DNA of 64,000 nt from Lama guanicoe (Eukaryota). This document shows positions 52,391 to 64,000 of the stretch, in pieces. Where the stretch lies: the NCBI GenBank assembly GCA_013239625.1, contig MU054400.1:975146-1039145 (forward strand), written 5' to 3'. Position numbers and translations under genes: made by a program. Position 1 is the stretch's first letter. Each line of letters begins with the position of its first letter. Below the pieces are notes generated by a model. It did no database searches, was not told where the DNA came from, and saw only the letters and a program-made list of their open reading frames with translations.

Positions 52391-52713
52391 CTGCAGGGCA
52401 AGGAAACCATAAATGTCAGACATATACAACTCTCCATGGGACAGTCCCACAGAAGCCAAGATGGGCTTACTTAGTCTAGCTCTTTGTGCACCATGCTCAT
52501 ATGTACTGAAGCTTGGCCAGGTGGCCCTCATCAAAAACAGAGAGCAATACGCATTTTAACAGCTACACCAAGACGATGATTCAACTGAAGTGTATGAGTT
52601 AAAATATAACCTTTAAGTGTAGCATGGTTGGTGGGATTTTTCAAAAGAGAGCATTGATAAGGCTCAGTAATTTTTTCCAAGCCAAATGCTTGGGTCACGT
52701 GGGCATGCAAGCA

Positions 52714-52921
52714 TAGGTGACTTCTACTAGGCAGTAAGGTTTGGGAACTTCCACTCTAGATCAGTGGCGCTTAACCTTTTCAGAGTCACATACCCCTTAG
52801 AGAGATTTAAGAATGTTAAAGACCCCTTTCTCTAGAAAAATACACAAAAACATCACATTGTACACTCAATTTCAGGGAGGTTCATGGGCTTCTTCAAGAG
52901 ACTACGATCCCTGAAATTAAG

Positions 52922-52968
<47 letters not shown>

Positions 52969-53180
52969 GGTGACTTCTACTAGGCAGTAAGGTTTGGGAA
53001 CTTCCACTCTAGATCAGTGGCGCTTAACCTTTTCAGAGTCACATACCCCTTAGAGAGATTTAAGAATGTTAAAGACCCCTTTCTCTAGAAAAATACACAA
53101 AAACATCACATTGTACACTCAATTTCAGGGAGGTTCATGGGCTTCTTCAAGAGACTACGATCCCTGAAATTAAGAATGTT
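52714..53180. repeat. Perfect 214-bp direct duplication separated by A39
   Basis: 52714-52927 is identical to 52967-53180 by base-by-base reading. Confidence 0.95.
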
Positions 53181-55526
53181 AAAAAAAAAAAAGCCACACA
53201 CAATAAACAAAAAACAAACAAAAAGAAAGACTGTTCTACATAAAATGAATGCTTAAAAAAGCATAAACTTTCCTTAGCAAACAAAAATGAAGCAATTTTA
53301 AAAAAAAACTAAGAACACTTTACTTTGAATTGAGCCCCGAATACATTGCTGGTAGTAAGTAAGCGAAAATGGGACCATCTTTCTAGAGTACAACTGAGCC
53401 ATCTGTAGCAAAATCCAGGAATTTTGTGCTCCTAGCTAGGAATAATCCACTACCATAAGACCCATATATAAAGATATTAATTCAGAACAATCTATATGTC
53501 CAACAGTAGGGCTATGTTACAGTCATAAAACAGAGTATCAAGAACCACTAAAAAAATCATGTTTCAAATTCCTTTCCAGTAGCGTTATTTGCCAACACTC
53601 CTCTGAGACCAGAAGGTGCCCCTACCACACTGCAAATCTCTTGAATGCTTCACAGTAAAAACTGTCTAACATGGGAGAAATATCATCCAATTTGTTTGCA
53701 TCGTAAGGTTTGTGGACAGGGATTCAAAGCAGGAGGTTCATCATGTGTGAAATCTAGAAAAGGCCAGAGAGAGAAGGGCACATCTAGAGAAATACGTATG
53801 ATTCATAATGCAAATTTAAAAAATAAAAATAAATAAAAAATAAAAATTTAAATAATGAAACAAGTTTTAATATGAAAAATTTCAAATATATTGAAATGTT
53901 AAAAGAATTTTTCAATGAATTGTATACTTACACTATTGTCTACCATTAACATTTTCTTATATTTGGTATATCATGTATCTATCCATAATCCGTCTCTCTA
54001 TATGATCTCATTCTAACCAACTAAAAAAATATGTACTGAAAAAAAGACTAGGAAGATGTATTTCAAAATGTTAACAGTGATTATCTCTGGGTAGAGATAT
54101 TACAAGTTAATTCTTATTTCCTTTGTTTGTTTATATGAATTTTAAAATTTCTTAAAAAAATATATATTACTTTACAAGAAAGAAAAAAATTAAAGAACTA
54201 ATTTTGGCAGCAACATGAAGACTGGATTGGAGGATACAAGACTAAAAGCAGAGAGAAAATATGGAAGGACACTGGAGTAATTCAAAAGATAGATGATGAG
54301 CACTCAAGTAGAGAAGACAGAAAAGAAACTGATGGATATGAGATATTTTAGAAAAGTTTCAACATGGCTTGGTAACCTAAGGAGACTGAAGAGTCTTGGT
54401 TCTCTGGCTGTGCACCTAAGTAGAGGGTGAGAGCATTTACCAATATATGTCAAAGGGGGAAAGTGAAGTCCTGGAAAGGAGATCATGAGTCTGAATATAC
54501 TGAATCTGAGGGGAATGTTCAGGGGTTGATGCTCATCCCCAAGTCTGAACATTAACATTGGTTAACAAGTATTGAGCATTTTCAACATGGCAGCCACTAT
54601 GCACTATTTCATTTGATCTTTCCAATGACCCTCTGAAGTATATATAATCATTATCTATGTTATAGATGAGGAAATCCAAGTCTCAAAAAGCTTAAATAAC
54701 TTGTCCTCAGTGATAGTAAGTGGTATGACCAGGATTCAAATTCGGGTCTCTAATATCAGAGACAATATTCTTTTTTTATTTTTAAATGCAGCAACAACTA
54801 TTTCAATGGTGCATCAAATACTCATTTTTTTGGTAAATAATAGAACTTTGTTTATATCCAGTTAAACAAGACATCTACATTGACTTAAAACTATTTGGAC
54901 TTTATTGCTGATGTGACCTCTCAGAGTCTATGAAATTCCTGATTTGGATGTAAACAAAGCATAGCTGAAAATTCAAAAGAAACATCTTCCCCTGTTCCCC
55001 TGCACAGCTGAGTATTAGAACTATTTCCATCTGAGCTATTTATTGCAAAATTTTGAGGCAGTATATTTTCTCAATTTTTATATAGTTTGTTATGCCTTTA
55101 AATTAGGCTTATTATTAACCATCTCTGCACATATTATAGTTTTAAAAATAATGCTGTATTTTTACTCTGTCTTCCATAATGGTATGTGGTGTTGTGTACC
55201 CTATAATATGTCATCGGTATGTCACATAAGATTCCATCATTATCACATAACTTCCACCAGTAAGTTAGTAAGTACTAACTTACTCTGATGATCAAGAAAT
55301 GGAAACACAGCTTCTTTCAACAATGTGACAATTTGGAGAATAGAACATTTGAAGATTAGTACTTTTACAAAGCTCTATTTCCTCAAATTAGATGGCAGAA
55401 TTATACATTAGGAACATGGATCTAAGTATTTTTCTTGTCTACAGTGATTCTATAATTTATGAGGAAAATATCTTCTATATTGTCATAATTACAGTCTCAA
55501 TAGAAGGTGAATTACTATCACAAATG

Positions 55527-56488
55527 TTTATATTTAAATTATAGTTTATTTGCAATATTATATTAGTTTCAGATATACAGCATAGTGATTCAGTATTTTT
55601 ATAAACTATACTCCATTTAATGTTATTACAAAATAATGGCCATATGTCCCTGTGCTGTACAACATATTCTTGTTGTTTATTTTATACCTAGTAGTCTGTA
55701 TCTCTTAATCCTCTACCCCTATCTTGCCACGTCCCACCACCCACACTGGTAACCACTAGTTTGTCCTCTATATCTGAGTCTGTTCCTGTCTTTCTGATAT
55801 ACATTCATTTATTCTATTTTTTAGAATTCACATATAAGTGATAGAGTTTTTGTCTTTTTCTGACTTATTTCAATAAGCACAATACCCTCTAGGTCTATCC
55901 ACGTTATTGCAAATCTTGTATCAGGTCTTTAATCCATTTTGAGTTTATTTTTTATATTGGTGTGAGAAAATGTTCTAATTTCACTTTTGCATGTAGCTGT
56001 CAAATTTTCCCAGCACTACTTTTCATTGAAGGGGCTATCTTTTCTCCACTGTATATTTTTGCCTCCTGTGTTGTACATTTATTGACCGTAAGTACATAGG
56101 TTTATTTCTGGGGTCTCTACTCTGTTCCATTGAGCTGTATGACTGCTTTTGTACCAGAATCATGCTGTTTTGATGATCAGAGCTTTGTAGTTTAGTCTGA
56201 AGTCAGGGAGCATGCTATCTATAGCTTTGTCCTTTTTCCTTCAACATTGTTCTAGCAAGTCAGGGTCTTCTGCAATTCCATAAAAATTTTAGAATTATTT
56301 GTTCCAGTTCTGTGGAAATATGCCACCGGTATTTTGATAGGGATTGCATTAAACTGTAGATTGCTTAGGGAAGTATGGACATTGTAACAATATTAATTCT
56401 TCAAATCCAAGAACATGGGATGTCTTTCCATTTCTTTGTATCATTTTCAATTTTCTTCACTGATGTTTTCAGAGTATAGATCTTTCAC
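55527..56488 (-). mobile_element. 5'-truncated L1 (ORF2 remnant plus 3'UTR, with internal deletion)
   Basis: Reverse L1 motifs such as ctttgtagtttagtctgaagtcaggg and attttgatagggattgcattaaa. Confidence 0.88.
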
Positions 56489-56508
56489 TCAGAGCCAATA
56501 TTCTTTTT

Positions 56509-56790
56509 GTTTTTTTTAATTTAAGTGTAGTTGATTTACAGTACTGTGCTAGTTTCAGGTGTGCAGCATAGTGATTTTGTATTTTTGTGGATTATATTCC
56601 ATTATAGGTTATTATAAGATACTGAGTATAATTTCTTGTGCTATAAAGTATGTCCTTGTTGCGTATCTATTTTACATATAGTAGTTTGTATCTATTAATC
56701 TCATACCCCTAATCTGTCCCTCCTTCCCCTTCCCTCTCCCCTTTGGTAACCACAAATTTGTATTCTATGTCTGTGAGTCTGTTCCTGTTA
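56509..56790 (-). mobile_element. Second L1 3'-end insertion at the same target site
   Basis: Poly(T) then reverse L1 3'UTR, flanked by cagagccaatatt copies. Confidence 0.85.
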
Positions 56791-57189
56791 CAGAGCCAAT
56801 ATTTTTAAAACCTGTTATACTGTTCACAAAATGTAGACTTGGAAGCCATCAGCCTGAAAACATAGGACACTTGCAGCCCATGTGAAAGAGAAGGGAGGCT
56901 CCCCCAAAAAGCCGTATCTTGGCTCCCAACAACCAAATTCAGTGCAGGCTACTGTCATACAGATAGTCCCTAAAGAGGTGACATGACTCAGCCTTTGCCC
57001 TCAAGGAGCTAGCATTTCTTGGGGAGACAAATGACAGGGAATCCAAAAGCTTCTGAACCACTCCTGAGTAATTCTGACCAGTGACTATGCTTAGTCATTA
57101 GATTTTTCCCTCCTGGCTGCTTTCTATTGCCTAGCAAAGACTCCAAAGAAGAAATATTTATGTTCCCTTAGTTTTGTTAGCAGCAGTTC

Positions 57190-57380
57190 TAAACATGGGC
57201 TTTGAAATCAGACCTGGATTCAGATCCTGATTCCACCTCTCACTATCTGTGTAGCCTTCAGCAAATTATAACCTCTCAGAATCTAAATTTTCTCATTTGT
57301 GAAATGAGGCTCATAATGCAAACCTTCTAGGATTGTTCTGAGGATTATAAGAGATAACACATGTGAAGTGCTTAATTTAG
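57190..57380. mobile_element. MIR
   Basis: gctttgaaatcagacctggattcagatcctg...ctcatttgtgaaatgagg. Confidence 0.75.
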
Positions 57381-58033
57381 CAACTACTATGATTTTTAAT
57401 TTGGGAATCTGAAATGGGGGGTTATATTTTTACATATAGGTATCCAGCAAAACTGGCTGGCACACTGAGCCTACTTTCTAGGCTGCTGTGGGTATTCAGA
57501 AAGCATCTGCATATCTCTAAGTTATCTTCTCTACACTCATTTCCATATATTTTTTCTGACTGTTTCATCACAGGGAGAGAAATTCCCCCAATCCTATACA
57601 GCTTTTATCAACAAGAAACTTAACACCATGATAGTTGTACAGAAAATGATAATTGCTCCTAATACTTTATAGGGCACATCAACCTTTCCAAAAGCACTTT
57701 CACAACTATTGTCTCAGTGAAGCCCCACAAAAACATTGAGGCTAATATGCTATCATGCCATCACACAGGCTCTTTCAAACAAGGCAGAGTATGAATAATA
57801 AATTAAGTATGCCAGTAGGTCCACTTTCCGGATCAGGAATACACAAGGGAAAAGATTTATCCAAGGTCACAAGGTAAGTCAGAGAAAGAGACAATACTGG
57901 AAACAAGGTCTCCTGACCCCTGGCTGAGAGTCTGTCTACTGGACTATTTCCAATCACACTGCTATCCCTTTTCAACTTCTAGCCTCCCTCCCTCCCTGCC
58001 ACACCAGAACTTCCTACAGAAGGGCAATTTTAC

Positions 58034-58094
58034 CAGACACCGCTAGAGTGTCACTGATCCATGCAATGGAAAAGATCCAGTCCTTGTGTCCATC
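58034..58094 (-). CDS. DCAF12: DCAF12 coding exon 4, DGHKDWIFSIAWISDTLAVS(G)
   Basis: Read manually on the minus strand (too short for the ORF track); acceptor cttcttgaag, donor CTG|gtaaaa; 61 nt, keeps frame with neighbouring exons. Confidence 0.96.
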
Positions 58095-58329
58095 CTTCAA
58101 GAAGAGAGTGACATGTACAGAGGGGGAAAAAAAGAAAAAAAAAAAGAAATTAGTAAAATAAGGATTACAATGCACATCCCTGAAAAGCACACAAGTCTAA
58201 CTGAAAATATCTTTGTAAAAATTATAATTCTGATCTCTGGTGATCTCAACCCAAATGGTATGATCCCACAATCTTTAACTTCTATCTTGAGAAGCTCAAA
58301 GCTGGAATGAAACTGGCATACCTGTGGGC

Positions 58330-58845
58330 AATAAACACATCTGGTGGACACACAGCTCTCGCCCTCTATCTCCAGATGTCTTACTTGGGACTCCTACACA
58401 CAATCACCCACCTGTCATCCCAGCTAACTCATCCTACCACTCTCCCCCTTGCTTCCTGGGACAATAGCTACAACTGACATCTTTGCTGTTCCTTCTGTCT
58501 GGAACTCTCTTCAAGACACTAACATGGCTTATAAACCCTCATGTCCTGTAAGCCTTCCTGCTCAAATGTCATTCTTATCAAAGAGGCCTTCCCTGGCTAA
58601 CCTCTGAAACAGCACCCTCCACCACACTCTCCCTTTAGCCTGCCTTTACTCTGCTCCACGGCACTCATCACACTCCGATTACTGTCCATAAGTATTTGTT
58701 GGTTTATATTATATATTGGTCCCTTCACTTGAATGCAGGCTTCAAGTGGGTAGGGGCTTGGTCTGTTTTATTCACTGATATGTCCCCAGTGTCTAAAACA
58801 ATCCCTGGCTCTAGAAGGCTCAAACAGTTTCTGAATGAATGATTT
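58330..58845 (+). mobile_element. L2 3' fragment
   Basis: Ends ...gtgtctaaaacaatccctggc...gaatgaatga, a typical L2 tail. Confidence 0.72.
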
Positions 58846-59118
58846 AATAAACTTTGCTCTCTGACTATGGGCAGCAGGAGACATGTAAATACTGTTGATA
58901 TAAACAACCCACTGCTGGTCCCTTTATAAAACATATACTCCGGCAACATACCTGATACTCCCTTTGGGGAGTGCAGTCCCCATTCTGAAACCTCCACCCG
59001 CATACCTCACCGCCATGCCCCTGAGTCAGCAAAAATATAGAGGAAATTATCCCTTCCCAGGAGGCTCGTGGGAGGAGGGTCCATATTACCTACAGGGCTC
59101 TGTTTAAAAACAAGGCTA

Positions 59119-59355
<237 letters not shown>

Positions 59356-61173
59356 CTACAAGAGAAAAGGGGTACAGAAGCTGAATAGTTTCTCCTCAGT
59401 ATGGTCACCCCTTCAATCAATTATCCATCAAACATTTGATTAATATCTAGTACATGTTAGACTTTGGGAATTATGAAAGGCAGGTCAGGGCTACACTAGT
59501 CAAATGAAACATGAAAATAAGAAAATGTAACAGAGAGAGGTATAATATGCTACATGAACACAGATGAGAAGTAAATTCTGCCTGAGATTCCAAGATGGCT
59601 TCAAAGAAGACTTGCATTAGACTATGGACCTAAAGAACCTGATTAAAGATTTTCTGCCAGTTCAGGCATATTTTATGTATCTAATTCTTATCTAGCCATG
59701 CATAGAAACTTATAAACAAAGCACATACAACCACTATTAAACACACCTATCAACATTACCAGGTTTGCTGGAGTGACCTGATACATAAGACTAGGTAAGA
59801 AACACTAATGTCACGTCTCACTGCTATACACGTTCTGTCCTATGTCTCCATGCCTTTGCTCATGCTGCTGCTTCTGCCTGAAATGCTCTTTTCCACTTCT
59901 ATACCAAACCCCTTTTCACTCTCCAAAACTGAACTCAGAGAAATGCTTTATGGAAAAGACCAGTCTTAGAGAAAGGGCATTCCTGGTGGAATCTATTATT
60001 AAACTCTTCATGTGATTCAATGATTCATTCCTTTATTCACTCATTGATTCAGTACCAACTAAATGCTGAGTACTGTTCTAGATTCTAGGAATATAACTAC
60101 TAGGAATAATCTGTGCCCTCATACACCTTATAGTCTAGAAAGTTCATTTAAAATCCTATCAGCAAGTCTCATGGTGAAGCCAAATTATGTCGAGTCTTTG
60201 TATAAAGTAACTGATTGCTTGCAGAGGAAGGAGATCTATGAAAGCAGAATGTAGATGAGCCTTAAATTTAAAATGGAAAAAGGAAAGGAAGAGTGCCAGG
60301 AAGATACTGAGGAGCAATTTTTTAAAAGGAGGTGGAGTGCAGGGAACACTCCCAAAACTGTAAGCCCTGACAATTCCTGCCTAATTAGCACCATCACTGG
60401 TTACAAGCATTTTTAAACTCACTACATCTAAAACAACTGATCTTCCTGCCGAAATTGCTCATTTCATCCAGTGCCACTGCAATCTGTCTGGTCACCCAAG
60501 CCTGGGATTCTTCCTAGACTCCTCGTCCTCCCTCACCCCCATCATCTCCGCTAGTCCTGCCAAATCTACCTCCTCAATATTCTTACAGTTGGCGCCTTCC
60601 TCTCCATCCTCTCTCCTGTACAAAACTGCAACTGGTCTTTGTGCCTTCAGCCGAGGTCACCATCAAAATTATTCTCCATACTATCTATAGTCATTCATTT
60701 TTATAAAAATGGAAATCCTCTTATGTCAATTAAAAAATATCTAGTGGTCCCCCTAAATTCAAGCTCCTTAGCATGGCATCAAGCCTCTCCCCAATGTGGC
60801 TCCTACCTATCTCTCTAGCTTCACATCCTGCCAAGGACCTTATACTCTAGAAAGAACTGCTTATTCATTATTCTTCACACAAAAATCTTCAGTGAAATAC
60901 AACTATTTTGTTTCATGCTCATGCTGTTCACAATGCCAGAAATGCTTTCTCCAACTCCTTCCTTTTACCTGGCCAACACATACTTATCTTTCATGATTCA
61001 GTTCAGACATGTCCTTTCTGAATATTCCCTAAATCCATGCTGGTTAAGTTCCTCTTCTGTAGGCTCCCAAGACAGCCCTCTACCACAATACTTAGATCTT
61101 GTCACAGATTTAAAATCTTTGTCTTTTTCCATTAAGCTAATAACGCCCTTGCAATTCCAAGAGCAGGGGATTT

Positions 61174-61315
61174 GTATTATTTTATTTATCTACTTATTTT
61201 TGGTGGGGTGGAGGAGATAATTAGATTTATCTTTAACAGAGGTACTGGGGATTGAACCCAGGACCTTGTGCATGCTAAGCATGCGCTCTACCACTTGAGC
61301 TATACTCTCCCCCCT
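61174..61315 (-). mobile_element. vic-1-type SINE, young
   Basis: Perfect 16-bp TSD caagagcaggggattt; near-perfect tRNA-Ala(AGC)-like body. Confidence 0.93.
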
Positions 61316-61924
61316 CAAGAGCAGGGGATTTATCTCATTTGGTTCTATAATCCTGCCCCAACAATGCAGAGCTACATACATAGTAAGCACTTGTAGTCAC
61401 CTTTCAGGAGGCCAACCCAATGATGTCAGGGGGCCCCCCACATCCCTGCACTCAGCGTGGGGCTCTGTAGCTGATTTTGTTTGATATAAGCTCTTATCTC
61501 CAGATCACAGCAATATCCTGGAGTGACTTGGCTCAGGCAGAAGTAGTCCAGAAGCTAGATTGGACTGAGTCATTCAGATTCTTTCAGGAATGTGGAACTG
61601 GCTTGTGGCACTAGACCAAACAGTTTGGGTGATCCTTATCTACCAAAGCCAGTCCCCAGGGAAACAGAAGACAGGAAGCATGGATGTCCTTGGTTCCATG
61701 GCTTTATAATGCCTAGTTGTTTCCCTCCGAGATTCAGAGATACTTCCTGCTCTTGGGGTTTGTGAACTAGCCCTTCCAATAAATGTGAATGAGTTTCTTA
61801 CCCTTTTAAACAAACAATCTCTACCAACACAGTCCTTCAAATGCTTACTGAAGCAAAATTAACTGCCCACTTACACCTTTGTGGTGTGTGGGACAACGCA
61901 TCCATAGTATGTTAGCTTCTGCAC

Positions 61925-62268
61925 CAGTGATTCCCAAACTGATTATCACAATAACCTAAGAAATTTTCTTTTAAAAAATTCAAACAAAAAACTACAAAAC
62001 AAAAACAATTCCCCAGTCCTATCCTAAAACTCCTCCAACTGCAAATTTCTGAATTTGGAGCCAGCAAAACTGAACTTTTTTCCAAGGATCTTCAGGTGAA
62101 TCTGCTGATTTACCAGATTTAACAACCACTGATCTAGAGACTTGCTATCCAAGGACATCTGGAAGCTTGTTAGAAACAATGAATCTCAGGCCCAGCCTTA
62201 GACCTACTAAATCAGAATCTGGAGTTTCCCAAGACTTCCAAGTACACTGAAGTTTGAGAAGCACTGAC
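61925..62268. mobile_element. Two adjacent MER5-type elements
   Basis: cagtgattcccaaact... and ...gacctactaaatcagaatct...gtttgagaagcactg. Confidence 0.7.
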
Positions 62269-64000
62269 GCAGAGAGACTTCACTCTGTCTGCTAAGGACA
62301 ATGTGTTTGATAAGACACAAGAGTAAACTGACCTGCAACCTGGAAAGGTCTGAGATTCCCCTATGGATTCTGAGGGCTGGCTAAAACTTTAAGAATTATT
62401 TTGGTCCATTCCTTTGCCTTAAAACAGGCCTCCATCTCCGCCATCCAGAAAAGGTGAAGAAAAAAGGCTTCACCTATTCATGTCTAAGAAAGTCCTAAGT
62501 CCAACCCCTCCAGTTGTGGAGTTGGAGGAGATCTAGGTTTGAATTCCAGATTCGTTATTTGTTAACTGTGTTATTTTTGTCAAGTTACTTAACTTTTCTG
62601 AATCTTTTTCATTATCTATAAAACCTGAATAATATTATTTATCTTACTGGGTTGCTAAGAGATCTAATAATATGTACAATGTCTAGCACAGGGCTCAGCA
62701 CAGAATAGGCACTTAACAAATAACAGCCAATAGTAACAGTGTTCTAACGTTTGCCTCGTTTCACAGGGTACAAGAAAGGCTTCTACAGTAGACGAAAAAG
62801 ACTTGACACAAGGGAGATGGAAACAGCTGGCTGTGTAGAGGGCTCAGGAAACCAAGAATTTACCCCCAACCTCACCTGCATCCTTGCAGAGGAATGACAG
62901 CACCAGGTGAAGGATAGAGCCTTTCTGCTTCTTCAAAGAAAGAGGGGTGTGGATGGGCTGCCTCAGAATATCTCCCCAAGCGCTCTAGCAAGGGGCCAAG
63001 GCTCCATGCAGCTCCTGTAACACTTCCCAGAATGAGGCTGCTCCATATTAACCTACTGGGATCCCTGCCAGAAACTAAGCTTGAGGCTTGATGGCTCCCT
63101 GCATCTTACAAGTTAGGACAGAGGGAAAAAAAGAAAGTAAAGGCCTTACAACCAGGAAGATTGTAAGACTAGTGAGTACACCTCTGTGTGCATGTATTTG
63201 TATGTAGATACGTGCAAATGTGTGTATATAGAAAGATCCAGGTGGCTTAATAAAATGGGGGGGGTGGAGCTCACAAAGTATCTAAAACGCAATGTGTTTT
63301 AACTGGAGGCTAACAGAGAAAGGAAAGCAAATCCACTAGGTCTCACAGACATCAAGATCAACTATATTGATCAGACAATAAAAGGCAAGTCTGCTGAAAG
63401 TTGGGGAAGAAGAAAAGACTCTCTAGCTACAAATACTTCATGCTGTTCAAGACCTAGAAGGGTTCTCACACCTAGAAAGCCCAGGTCACTGTTTCTATTG
63501 CAAGTCTCTTAAAGGAAAGATCATGTGGTTGCTAAAGTAAAGAAACATTTTTGGGGTCCCAATTACAAAAATAACCATCATTAATTTGTAAAACAGAGAA
63601 AAGCAGAAATCAGAAAATAAACACCACCACTCCCTACTACCACTCGGTGTATTTTTTTTCCAGGTCCTTCACTACTTAACCCCCTAGTCACAAATATACA
63701 TATTTTTCTCCATTTATAAAAATGTGATCTCATACATATTATTTATATATTTGATACAGCAGTAACATCTTTCCAAATTAAACAATACACTTCTACATAC
63801 TTTTTAATGGCTATAAGGTAATTCACTACATGGGTATGCTAACATCTATCAAATGCATTCCCTGTTACTGAACATATATACTGTGTCCAAATTTTCAGTA
63901 ATATAAAACACACTGCAATGAACATTCTTGTATCTAAATCCAGGTGCCTGTGCTATGCCAAGATCTCTTACTCTTTGCATTGTGAATCTAAGCTCCAAAA

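Noticed and set aside
59356..64000. DCAF12 exons 1-2
   Set aside because: Not found; this stretch is repeat-rich intron, so they lie beyond the right edge

Overview
Mammalian genomic DNA, almost certainly a camelid: about a dozen tRNA-Ala-derived SINEs of the vic-1 type are present, plus artiodactyl-type L1 3' ends. The right part holds the 3' portion of DCAF12 on the minus strand. Seven coding exons (207, 61, 194, 66, 163, 179 and 159 nt, all GT-AG) splice in frame to the C-terminus ...GLWS*, followed by a ~2 kb 3'UTR ending near an AATAAA at 44975-44980. The first two DCAF12 exons lie beyond the right edge. A CpG island at ~22.4-23.8 kb holds a minus-strand non-coding first exon and promoter, inferred to be UBAP2 from the recalled human 9p13 gene order; 1-22886 would be its first intron. 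The rest is intronic or intergenic sequence rich in transposable elements. I found no evidence for a wholly new gene system. The most notable observations are: two L1 insertions at the same target site, one carrying a probable ~750-bp 3' transduction; a perfect 214-bp duplication around an A39 tract; a patchwork triplication; a GCC/GGC hairpin enclosing an alternative 5' splice site; a close inverted SINE pair; a four-level nested transposon stack; and a Gly->Cys change near the DCAF12 degron pocket. Repeat family names come from recalled consensus sequences, not from a database search.
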